Below are positions 25,772 to 37,372 of a stretch of DNA of 64,000 nucleotides, in pieces (within the stretch, counting starts at the first letter, position 1; every line of letters begins with the position of its first letter). The notes beneath the pieces were generated by a model that was given only the letters and a program-made list of their open reading frames with translations, made no database searches and was not told the origin of the DNA. Source of the DNA: the human T2T-CHM13v2.0 reference genome, Homo sapiens; assembly GCF_009914755.1 (NCBI RefSeq), contig NC_060931.1; one strand, given 5' to 3'. The translations under genes were made by a program, and so were the position numbers.

Positions 25772-26166
25772 TGCTATGGACTCAGTGTGTCTCCCCAAAA
25801 TTCATATGTTGAAGCTTAATGGCCAGTGTGATAGTACCAAGAAGTGGTACCTTTAAGAGGTGATTAAGTCTCTGCCCTCATGAGTGGCATTAGTGACCTT
25901 ATGAAAGGGCTGGAGGGAACTACCTTCCTCCCTGCTGCCCTTCCACCTTCCTCCATGTGAGAACAAAGCATTTGTCACCTCCTGAGGACACAGCAACAAG
26001 GCACCACTTCTTAGAAGCAGAGAGATTGGTCCTTGCCAGACACTAAATCTGCCAGTTCCTTAATCTTGGGCCTCTCAGCCTTCAGAACCATGGGGAAATT
26101 TCTATTCTATATAAGTTACCCATTCTCAGGTATGTTGTTACACAGCAGCACAAACAAACAAAGACC
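25772..26166 (+). mobile_element. MaLR solo LTR (MSTC/MSTD-like)
   Basis: tgctatgg...ccccaaaattcatatgttgaa; gcaacaaggcacca...gaagcagaga; cagcagcacaaac...aagac. Confidence 0.85.
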
Positions 26167-27592
26167 CCAAGACGAATATAACCCACTACTTCTGCCTAGA
26201 CCTGCCCGAGTGACCTGGCACCCATTCTATCTAGTGTGTTACTATGTAAAAGGATCTTAAGGGAGAGAAATTTCTGAGAGCCCCACCACTCAGGTTTAGC
26301 TATTTGGGAAGGCATTCCTAAACCAAAATGGATAATTACTTTTCTTACTCCAAGGAAATGAATGATAGTTTCTCAGCAAGGAGAACCTTCATTCCTGGAG
26401 GCCCAGGTGAAGTGAACCATTCAGTTATTGAATAAAGATTTGCCCAGCACTTTCTGTATGTCAAAACACTGTGGCAACACAGAACTAGCAGTCCCAGCTT
26501 CTCCCAGCAAGCCTCACAGTGTGATGGTACACATCGACATAAGCCACAAGAGAGACTTATTTTAGAATGCAGTGCCATTTAGAAGAAGAAATTTTCTTTT
26601 AATTAAGTCAATTTGAGAAAAATCAACGTTTAAATGGCAGTGAGGAAAGAAGGAAAAAAATTGCAGATCCAAGAATAGAGTTTTACATTAGACGGAGATT
26701 TGCTTAACTTAAAATAGTCCATTTAAGAAGTGTGCCAATACATTTATGACATTACATTTCATATGCTGATATTTATTTCTACTTATTATTTTAATAGATG
26801 TAAGGGAGATTTCTTAACAATGGTATCTTTTAAGAATACAGTTGTCATTGGTCCCTAAACTGCATTTTGACATTCAGTGAATGTCAAATTTAATCTAACA
26901 TTTTAACTGGCCTCTGTTTTAAAGTATTTACAGTTTAGATTGTTTTTGTTTTTTTCAAAAGGATTGAGATTTTCTGACTTATCATGTCCTTCTAAGATAA
27001 AGAACTGAATGGTTTCATTATTTTAGAATGAAATAATCTTAGTATATTTAAATGTGAGTTAGACTTCCACAGCGCTTTTTCTAAGTAATATCATATGTAG
27101 TCTTCATGAAGTATTGGGTTTTTGAATGCTTACTGAAATTTTTTTAAATATCTATTTAAGGAATATCTTACCAACTTACAGCATTTTAATGAGCAACTCA
27201 TTATTTGAACAAAGCATTTCTGTAATGAACCCAGTAGCCAGGAGTAATGAACCCTGCAGTCTCTGGAACCCTGAGCACCGCATAACTCATGGGTCTGGCT
27301 ACCATGAGATTGAGCATGAAATTTCACATCAAAGACCTCCATGCTTGAGGAGCAGAGATGCACGGGGGTGGTATGACCAGGGTGAAAGAGCATGCACAAA
27401 GCAGGCTGAGTTCCTCCCAGTGTGTTGGGAGACCAGATGGAGTTTCTGCAGGGGAGGAATATTTGCAGTCACTGCTCACTCTGGAAATAACAAGCTTCTG
27501 CAGTCAGAGCTGCAATAATAGAGGAGCGATCACTGAAACACCAGCAGCAAAAGTCCTAGAGCACCTTGTAGTGGTCGGCCTGTACCTTGAGC

Positions 27593-27749
27593 CTGGGCCA
27601 GATTCATAGGCATACAACCTGTACTGTTGCACAGAGTCCTTTGCCTAAAGGGATTCCATGCTTGGTTTAATGTTCTACAGTCATTGTTCTGCAATTTTTA
27701 ATAAATGTTGAAGAACAGGCCCCTCATTTTCATTATGTAACTGGTCCTA
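27593..27749 (+). mobile_element. MER91A (hAT-Tip100 MITE)
   Basis: ctgggccagattcataggc...gcttggtttaatg...tatgtaactggtccta. Confidence 0.75.
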
Positions 27750-28235
27750 ACAAGAGATTTATTTTTAATTATGGCCATTTCATTCTAAAAAAGTCACTGA
27801 CAACACCCAGGATGCAGAACGGTCTGGAAGTTGTCACAGAGGAGACTCTTGAGGAAACAAGGAATAGTTAAGAGGCAAAAATATAACTTGCAATCAACAG
27901 ATAACACTTTATGGCTATCTTGATCTGGAAAAACTAGAAAGTATCATCCAGAGAAGGAAGGAGAATTCTATGGTTCTATTATTAGAGTCTTCAACTAATA
28001 ATAATGGCAAAGGATTCCTACATATCAATGGCATTTAATCATGACCCATGCAAAGAAATACATTTTATTTATGACCATGTATACAAAAATATACACAGAC
28101 ATATGTATTTATACATATATATGTATATGTGTGTGTATATATATATATGTACATTCACACAGTTTCATGAGCTTACCCTTACCTTATGGTATGCATTGTG
28201 AGGCTTTCTGTTTTTTTCTCTTTTATTAAAAAAAA

Positions 28236-28272
<37 letters not shown>

Positions 28273-28288
28273 TGTGTGCGTGTCTGTG
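28236..28288. repeat. (TG)n microsatellite
   Basis: 15 perfect TG copies at 28241-28270 with degenerate flanks; a TA/TG tract also lies at 28100-28152. Confidence 0.95.
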
Positions 28289-28657
28289 TCCTATTTGCCT
28301 AAAACTCTGTTATGTAGTATAGGATTGCATTAGATAACCCAACTTTTTTTAGCTCTCTGATTACAATTTTCAAGGGCTAAAAATTGCAAGTTATGCCACA
28401 GGCGACTTGAGAATGTGCCTGAGCAATTGGATGGGGGGTTCCTATACTCTGCTCATCAGCCTCCACTCCTTATTCAGCTCCCCGCTGAAGAGCTGTGGGC
28501 CTGCAGTGAACAGACTTTGGAAGTGATTCAGCTCAACAACTGTATCTTAAACTTTGATCCATGGACTACTGGTGAGCAATGAGAGTTAGGAATGAAACGG
28601 AAGAGTCTATGTCTAAGAAAGACGTAGAAAATTTAAGAAAAATTTTGTTCACCCTTA

Positions 28658-28779
28658 TCCTCATAGAATGAACTCCACGAGGAGAGGGGCTATGTCTGTC
28701 CAATTCCCTGCTTTCTCTATTGTGTGCACAGTACCTAGCACGCAACAGGTGCTTAGGAAATATTGAGTGAATGAATGAA
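28658..28779 (+). mobile_element. L2 3' end
   Basis: cacagtacctagcacgcaacaggtgcttaggaaatattgagtgaatgaatgaat. Confidence 0.8.
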
Positions 28780-29129
28780 TTACTTTTTAAGATGTCAAAG
28801 TAAAATGTGGGGGAAATTGAGAGATTTATAAAAATTCTCAAATTGTTAACAGGTATGAATTTTAAGATTCATCCCTCAGCAGGTTGACAGCAGTACCACA
28901 TATATTTATAGTAAAATTGGACATTGTCATGTCCATTTTATAGATAAGAATACCAGAGCCCTATGAAATTTAATGCTCTTGGAGTTACCTAACAATTTAT
29001 AGGCAGAAATGTTGATCGAAAACTATTGAATTTCTGACTTGCTTATTGGTAAATTCTAGAAGGAAGCTCCACGAGGACATCCCAATGTTCAATGAATGAA
29101 TGGGGTGCATCTTAGTGAACGACTTTGTT

Positions 29130-29620
29130 GAGCCCTTTAAAACATTGGTATTTTGTTGAGCGGTGTAATCGTTAAAAAGAAACTTGTGCTGTGCCAATCA
29201 CTGGCCTCTGTGGGCTCACCAATTTCATTCCTGAATATGACAGCCTCACTGTTAGTAGCAATTTGTTTTGTAATATTGTGGCGTGATTGAAAGCAAAAAG
29301 GAAAGAAACAGGCCAGAGGAATTTTTTTTCCCTTAATGGAATTACTACTCAGAAAAAAATGGTACTTGGTTGGGCAAGTCCTTATCATACCAAGTGAGCT
29401 CTTCAAAATGTTATGTCCCATTTGTATCACTAACTGTATTTTTAAGATGACAAGAGATGAATGAAATATAAAGCTTATGGTTACACAGGATACTCATCTT
29501 CATGCACAACTTCAGCATTAATGTAACCTTTAAAATGTAACCTTTAAAAAGCATGGTAGTTATCAGCAGCATGACCCATATCAAAATGGAACTGCCTGTC
29601 AAGCCTTGCTCATTTGATGC
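29130..29620. promoter_or_regulatory. Candidate conserved non-coding element 3
   Basis: Unique sequence; GCCAATCA 29193, TGACAG 29238, TGATTGA 29284, CTGTCA 29596. Confidence 0.35.
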
Positions 29621-30559
29621 ATGAAAGTTCTATATTTTCCCTCATAGGCATACGTTACAGTACCTTTATGTTAGCCCGCACAGCATGCCACTGTGGAATT
29701 TCCATAATTGTAGATTCTGCACAGAGGGTATAACCACTAGCATCTATCTGTTTAGGTAGCCCGGAACACCCAGATGTTTTGAAATAGTCACTCCCTTCAA
29801 ATGAAATGGAACATCCTCACAACTAGTATGCACATGTTTAAACTAAGTTTGAGCATGTGTATTCTTCTCTTTTAATATGATTTAGGATTGTTAAAAACAT
29901 ACTTAGAACCTACTTAAATTTCTCAGGTATAGTTCACTTGACTTAATGCACATGCTGTACAAAAGCTAGTTAACTCCTTTTGAAATGGCAAGCAATATTT
30001 TGTATCATAAACCCCAAAATAAAAATTGATTCAGGGCACCGAAAACACATCATAGTAGCAAAACACTCTAAGCACGGAGGGTAAGAGGAAAAGCTGTTTT
30101 GCACTACTGGATAAAGTCATTTAACTACATGAAATCACCAATTCTCAGCCATTTTTGGCGGCAATTTTGTAGAGCTCAATCTTTATTTCTCGGCACCTGT
30201 TGCTCATTCTACCTTTATGATCTCCCAAGAAAGCTGGGGCTCCCCTGAGTAGAAAGAAAGCAGGGGTCAAAAAATTCCAAGTAGTTTTCACTTGGCCTTC
30301 ACAGGAAGGCAAAATACTTAAATAGATATTTAGTGGGCCAGTTTCAGTCCTTTAGTTATTCTTGAAAAAGGTGGAAGAGTCCCCTGAAAAAAATTACCAA
30401 CCATTTATTCCACCAAATATTTTTACCTACTAGAAAAGGGCCCTAAAATCATAGAGATTATGTGCAAAATTTATCTATGAAAATGTTAGTAGATTATAAT
30501 ATTAAAGATTTAAATATAACATAAAAAACTAATTATATAAGCTTGGTTAAATAGAGCAT

Positions 30560-30880
30560 AGACCTTCCATAATAAAAAACAAAATAAGGAAAGTATTTAT
30601 CAAGTAAGAAAGCTGTTCATGAAAGAGTATTTATTTAAAAAAAAAAGGATGCAAAATAGCTTCACATTATTGTATCATAAAAAATCAGTATAGATACATG
30701 TAAACATAGATACATTTAAATATATATAAACAGAATTCATAACAAGACCTGAATTGTATTCACTGTTGTCAGTGATTATTTCTGAGTGTGAGCTTAAGAT
30801 TATGAATGCCTTTGGGCTTTTATTTATCTGTACTTTCTATAATAAACATGTATTATTTGTAAGATAAGAAAAAATAAAAT
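30560..30880 (+). mobile_element. Ancient L1ME-type 3' fragment
   Basis: cagtgattatttctgagtgtg...tttctataataaacatgtattatttgtaa. Confidence 0.5.
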
Positions 30881-32699
30881 AAAATGTTACCAAGAATACT
30901 TAATTAGACAGAGTTTATCAGCCCACTCATTTTTTTAAAAAAAGTTCTGACTCCTAAATTAAGATGATTTCTGAGTATTTGCATCAGGAAGCTTGATTAG
31001 CACAGAAAAAAATCCCATGGAACGTTATCCACATGAGATATTGATAACTTCTCTTGAAGTTCCAAGAGATTCTGAATCAGTGAGAGAACAAAAGGCAAGG
31101 GGTGCAGAGAGCTGGTAAGCAAACCTCTGGAAGGGGACTTACAGCAAATTAATGAATTGAAATAATTTTCTACCTACCCTGTGTCTCTTCAAGTCACTCA
31201 TTTGGGTTGTTTACCTTATACCAGTGAGTAGCAATTAGGCTGCTAAAGAAGGCAAACAAACTTGATTAGTAAACAGGAAACATTTTGCATGAGAGGAAAT
31301 TAAGTGGGGTTGGTTATTTGAACTTAATTTAGGAAATACTTCAGACAAATTTTTTTTTCTATTTCTTGTCACAGAGAGAATGCTTTAAATGGCCAATGGC
31401 AGAGTAAAATATTAGAGCTTCATTCTGAAGAGATGATATATATGTAGATCAAATTGATAAAAATAATGATTTCATAGGACAAATGGACATGACAGGACAA
31501 GTGAATGGAAATAGGATTTTATGGGAAAGTTAGTGAACATACTGAAATATCTCTTAGGATGAAACTAAAAATAGGCTCCAATAAAATTACCTATCACGTG
31601 TAATGCAGTGGCTGACGCAAATTGAGAACACATGTAGTTCTCAATATACATTTGTGGGTTGGATTTTTTAAAAGAATGAATGAATTGATATAACTTCGCC
31701 TCATCACCTTAGACCATGGACCAGATCTCTGCAATTTATACACAGTAGCCAATAGCACTGAGTTAAATTAAACTAGATAAGGTTACATGCTACATAGCAA
31801 AACTATTAAATTCTGTGACTGGGGAGCCAGTTATATTCACTGTGATATGCCAGTTTAGCTCTTCAATAGTTCTTTCTTCTATGGAGCTTTATATATGTAA
31901 TTCAGAAGTTTAAAAATGAAACTTATGTATACTCTTTAGCATACATAGATACATAAGGTAAAAGCAAAAAGTCATCAAGTCACTGTAAAGGAGAAACTGT
32001 GAAGCATTATTCTAGAATGTTAACCATAAAATATGTAGTTTTCTTTAATAGAACATAAATTGGTTCTAATATTTTTCATGAAGCTAGATTAAAAAAAAAA
32101 AAGAGAGTAACTCCTTACAATTTGGATGGGCAAGTAAAAACACCTATGTATTCCTTCTACTAAAGTGAAAAGTTAGAAGTAAAAGAAGTATTATATTTGC
32201 TTTTATTTCCTATATATGCACAGATTTTCCAATATCAGTATTTCATGATGAGTATACAACCCATTTGATATCTACACAACCTAAAGCATTGTTGAGGTGG
32301 CAATGTCATCTGCAAAAATCAATCCTCATGTATCAGAAGAAACTGAAGCAAGTCCAGTGATTAACATGCCTGAGAGTTACATCAGAACAAAAGTACTGGT
32401 TGCCTAGCCATCACTTTGGAATGATAACTTAAAATGCCGATGTTCAATTATTTGAAATTGAGCACTTGCAAAACAAAGACTGATTCTCCAGGCCTCACAA
32501 ATCTAAAAGTAATAGATACCCATATTGTTGTGCCATCCATTTTATGACGACTAGTTTTTTCCAAATGATGGTAGCTATTGAAATATTAAGTGACATGTTT
32601 GACATATGCCCAAGTGTATTATTGGCAAACTTGTGTTAATAAAAAAAGAAAAATAGCTAAGAATTCATAATATAATTAATTGCTATTTTATAAATCAGA

Positions 32700-32765
32700 T
32701 GCATTCATTCAATAAATGTTTACTGAATTCATGCCGTGTGCCAGGCACTGTATTAAGTGATAGAC
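32700..32765 (-). mobile_element. L2 3' end
   Basis: cattcattcaataaatgtttactga...gtgtgccaggcactgtattaagtg. Confidence 0.75.
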
Positions 32766-32773
32766 AATTATTA

Positions 32774-33030
32774 CAGTAGTCCACAGTTTTGCTTTCTACA
32801 GTTTCAGTTACTCATGGTACACTGTAAGATATTTTGAGAGAGAGAAGGAGACAACATTCACGTAAGTTTTATTACAGTATGTTGTTATAATTGTTCTATT
32901 TTAAATTTTAAATTATTGTTGTTAATCTCTTTCTGTGCCTAACTTAAGCTTTATCGAAAGTCTAGGTATGTATGTATAGGAAAAAATAGTATATATGGGG
33001 TTCAGTACTATCTGAGGTTACAGGTGTCTC
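32774..33030 (+). mobile_element. MER44A-like Tigger (TcMar) element
   Basis: TA then cagtagtcc; ttttattacagtatgttgttataattgttctatttt; ggtatgtatgtataggaaaaaa. Confidence 0.8.
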
Positions 33031-34279
33031 TTAAACCAAACGTGAAATTTACTAGTTTAGCTGGTTTTCAAAATAAGAATAAATTTGGAAAGCAAGCCTC
33101 TTGATTTTAGCTTAATTTTCCTCAAAAGTATCAAGTGACTTACATCAGTTTATAGATCACTGTTATTGTATGATACTTATGTGATAGAATTTGATATCCT
33201 CAAATTATCTTAGTTATTGCCTGGAAACTAAGTTCAAGTTCACTCACATTCAGGTAGAATAGTTTGTAATATTCTAGAGAACAACAGAAGTAAATAAGTC
33301 TGTAAAGGTTAAAAAAAAAGTGAAAAGTGAATTTCTCTTCCAGGCTTTGCTTTCAGGGATCCTTGCTGCCACTAGGTGACTTCTACTGCCTTTTTTTTTT
33401 TTAATCTGTAGAAGGGGGTGGGGACAGGAATAGATAATATAATAAAAGTCTACATGCAGTGTGGGAAACACAGCCCTTAGCCTGGGGTGTGAGAGTGGAC
33501 ACTAACAAAGTCTGACACATCTTTCAGAACTCTCCATCAGATGAAAAGTGTAAAATAACAGAGCTGGCTAAGCCAGAATTCTAAATCCAGAAAAGGAAAA
33601 GATAAAAACTTAAAAGGACACAAAGACCGTAGCCTCATTTGTTCGCACTAATGTGTTTAGGGTTTCTCCTCTATGTTCCTTGATACCCATAAAGAAGTCA
33701 AAGTTCGGTGATCAAATACCACATTCACGTTATTTTCTTTCTTGCTTTTCAGAAGCAATCCATGTTGGTTCTGTTTGTCTTTGTCTTGTCTTCTAGAATA
33801 TTTCCTCTCTGGAGAGTCTTTGCTCCTACAAGGCAATATGCCAGCTGATTTTTCTCTGGCTCGGATAGTGGGGAAGGCATACAACTGTGTCGTGCTCATT
33901 TCGGAGGTTTCTTGTCATCCTATTTGTTTTCTTTGGGTCTCCACTTGACATGACTCAGCAACCTCACCTTTTAGCTCCAGGATATTTTATAACACCTTCA
34001 TTGTGTATTAACATGGATCCATATATGTAGAGCAATATATAGATCAAGATATTTACATCTACCTGGAAGGACATCAGCTAAGTATCAGAATTTCCATCTT
34101 AAGAAAGAAAATTATTTGGAGCAGTCTGAGAGACCTCCCTGAAATCATTGATCAACACATTTGATCATATTATAATATTTACATCTAGATAATTTTTTCA
34201 TTGTGCTAGTTTTGAAATCCTTCAAATTTGACACAAGAGATCTGGCAAATTAGACACTATTTTAAACACATAATGTGTG

Positions 34280-34420
34280 AACTAATTAATTCTTACAAGC
34301 CTAAAGGATAGATGCTGTTATTATCACCATTTTACATCGGACAACACCCTCGCACAGCAAAGCTAAGTAACTTGTCCAAAGTCAAACCGCTGCTATGAGG
34401 GGGAACTAAGAGTTGAATGG
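34280..34420 (-). mobile_element. MIR SINE
   Basis: ttattatcaccattttaca...taagtaacttgtccaaagtca. Confidence 0.7.
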
Positions 34421-34792
34421 AATCATCATGGCTCCACAGAGTGAGTACTCAATCACTTCATTCGCTCTTCCAAAAATCAAGTGTCTGTTATCTTTATCTA
34501 GAACAAGTGCAACAAAATTATTGTAGAGAAAAAATGGAGAGTTACAAAAATTTTGAGCAAGAAAAGTTAAGCTGTCCAGATAGAATGAAAACGTGTCGGG
34601 AACGTATAAATATAGCAAACCCACGGGAAGACGATGGCACGGTGACTCTTGCCTGGGCTAGCACAGCCATGCCCTCACTGCCTCTCTGCATCCAGTTGCT
34701 TCATGGACCCATCCAGCATCCACACTTTTGCCGGAGTTAACATGCCAGAAACAGTCTTATTAAGCTCCTGCTAAGCAGGCACATGTGAGCAG

Positions 34793-34835
34793 GTGCATGT
34801 GCACGCGTGTGCGCACGCACACACACACACACACA
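34793..34835. repeat. 43-bp alternating purine-pyrimidine tract ending in (CA)n
   Basis: gtgcatgtgcacgcgtgtgcgcacgcacacacacacacacaca. Confidence 0.9.
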
Positions 34836-34939
34836 GGCTCCCTATTGCTTATGTCCTGTGAGATACATGGGTTGACCTTGGCCTCAATTCTAGCTACTCC
34901 TCTACCATCTGTTTTTTCACTGGACTCCCTAATTACTTA

Positions 34940-35545
34940 GCATCTCAGGACTTTGGCACGTGCTCTCACACCTCCATATCCTTCTTTGCTCATGGTCTTC
35001 CCACCAACAAGAAAACCTTTCCTCCCCACTCTGCCCAGGACCCCTTGGAAAATTTCTGATTGTCCTTCAAGATCTAAGGCAGGGGTGTTCTAAGTCAGGG
35101 GTTTCCAATCTTTTGGCTTCCCTGGGCCACATTGGAAAAGGAAGAATTGTCCTGGGCCACACATAAAATACACGAATACTAATGATAGCTGATGAGCTAA
35201 AAAAAAAAAATCACAAAAAGTTTACAAATTTGTGTTGAGCCATATTCAAAGTTGTCCTGGGCTGCATGCAAGTCTGTGGGCTGCGGGTTGGACAAACTTG
35301 GTCTAAGTAAAATGTTATGTTCTCTTTGGTACTTTTCTTGAACTACAGCTTTTTCTCCATGGCAATTTTGATCCCTCTCAATTGTGTTTCCGCAGGATTA
35401 CACACTTTTATTGAAACATTTATTCCAATGTATAATTCTTGACATGTCTCTTACTCCCATGAGATTCAGCCCTAACTGCTTCGTCTGTATTCCCAGGGTC
35501 TATCAGAGCCTGGCACCGAGGAGTGTTTCAGTAAATAGTTTAAAA
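34940..35545 (+). mobile_element. L2 3' portion interrupted by MER30
   Basis: tccttcaagatctaag before the insert; tctgtattcccagggtctatcagagcctggcac...cagtaaatagttt. Confidence 0.55.
35096..35300 (+). mobile_element. MER30 (hAT-Charlie MITE)
   Basis: caggggtttccaatcttttggcttccctgggccacattgg...gggttggacaaacttg; TSD ttctaagt / gtctaagt. Confidence 0.92.
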
Positions 35546-36129
35546 TTATATTTGCTGCTATTCCATATGATTTTATGGGTATTTATTATCTCCTGGCAAA
35601 ATAAAGCATCAGGGTCCATGTGTGGGTGTTTCATAGGGGAAGAAAAAAGCCTCTTTTAAACATCTTGACCCTTAATGAAAGTGTTTTCTTTTACAAGAAG
35701 TTAGAGAAGGTCTTTGTCACCTACTTCTTAGCAACATGAATATTTCTAAGATTGATATGTTCTAGCGGGTAGATTTTTTTACAAACAAGATAACTTTGGA
35801 AACCAAACTCTAGGAGTTGTGACTTTCTCCCCTATAGGAGAGAATAACTATATTGTTCTCCACAGACGCCTTTAAGTTAGTTTTAATTCATTTGTAATAT
35901 GGTCAAATGAGTGGGTCAGTGATTCCACAGAGGTCTTCTCCCCAACTGCTCCAAATCACTTTCTTTATTAAGATGGTATCTGATACCTAGGTAGTTTTAC
36001 TTCCTTCCAGGTAGCCATATAGCACAAAATTATCTTATTATATGCCATTGGTCAACTAAGAGTAAGGAAAATGTATTCCTGGAGCTGTTTCATTATTTTT
36101 ATCCAGTGTCTATATCTGCTAGAGGTTTA

Positions 36130-37150
36130 GACATCAAGTGCCGTGGATAGAAGCGGGTCTGTTATCAACCTAGGGGGTGCCTTCCCTGTATCTGAGCTGT
36201 TGGCAGATACAGCCCCATTCTAGCGGGATCCACACACAAAATACATTTCCCCCAAGCAACTGTTTTCATGTTTTTCCTCTGTTCCTGTTGAGCAAATGCC
36301 GCACAAAATAACCCTCTCCACTGGCATACGGTGAGCCCAGAGCGTCTTGCGGGCTTGGAAGGGGAAGCTCCATAGACTTTCTCTCCAATGTGTCAAGTCA
36401 GGGCACACGCAGCCCCAGTTACAAGATAAATGGTGGTGTGGGAACAAGTCAGCTGAGCCAACAACTGCCCGAGCGCCACAGTCAGTGTCTTTTCTGTAAT
36501 TATTGCATTTAATACAGCTAGTTACTTGCACAAAAGAGCTTCCGGATACAGCAATTTCCACTGGGGGCTGTTTAGGAATGTACAGGCCCATCATTTAGCC
36601 CTGATATTGTTGGGTTGTCAGAATTGATCATAGCTCTTGACGGAACACCTCTAGCTTTTTTTTTTATGGAGTGCCTCAGAGTGACATTTCACATTGTTTA
36701 AGTAGGAGTGATCTGTTAGTTTATATTTTATCTAAAACTGCAGATCAGATGACCTCCCTCAGGGTCTAAATACATGAATCCTTTTCGCATGTTATAATTA
36801 ATAGTGGAGCCGGGAGAGAAATTCATAACAAGAGGCCGAAGAAACTGGGCAGAGCAACTTGTCAAAAAGAAGGAAATTCCACTACAGATTAGCTTATTTT
36901 TAAGCATGTCAAGCTCTACATACAAACATGATCTATTGCTTCCTTGTAATGTCTGTTTGGGCCCACATGCTCCGGGCAGTGTCAGAGGCTGCTGTAAATT
37001 TTGTCTGAGTCAGGGCAATTCTGATTGATCTCTGAGTGTAAAATCGATAAGAAGACACTGTCATTTTCTTAAAGGATGAGCTAGAAAAGGAAAATAAATT
37101 AAGACTCCACTGAATGTCTATCTCCGCGCTCATTAATTCAGTGTGGTCTG
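36130..37150. promoter_or_regulatory. Candidate CpG-retaining enhancer / conserved element 4
   Basis: Unique sequence; 11 CpG in 36142-36544 and about 19 in 1 kb; TAATTA, CAGCTG, TGTCA and ATCGAT motifs. Confidence 0.45.
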
Positions 37151-37372
37151 TACTTTGTTAATGTTATGGCCACAGCTTTAATCTTCCAGGTGCTCTTCCT
37201 GTGGCTCCTTGCCAGGGGCCTCTTCTTATATTATGTATATTTCATCTGAAAGTGGGCAGGGGGATAAAAGGGCTGCCCTCCTTTCTCCCTTAGCTCCTGA
37301 TTAATCCATTTTATTATTTTAGAGAAATACATCACCATGGATACTGATTAACTTTAAAATGGACAGAGTAAT

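Noticed and set aside
27126-27609. 130-aa and overlapping ORFs in unique sequence, with an 11-bp direct repeat gtaatgaaccc (27222, 27244)
   Set aside because: No recognisable domain or exon context; the length is compatible with chance
28025-28225. Possible hAT-Charlie remnant (similar weak hits near 43720-43830 and 46230-46420)
   Set aside because: Resemblance too weak to name a family or set boundaries without a search
36168-36570. CTCF-like words (aacctagggggtgc; ccactgggggctg)
   Set aside because: Each misses core positions or spacing of CCACYAGRKGGC
36220-36594. 124-aa minus-strand ORF in candidate element 4
   Set aside because: No recognisable protein family; higher GC content lowers stop frequency
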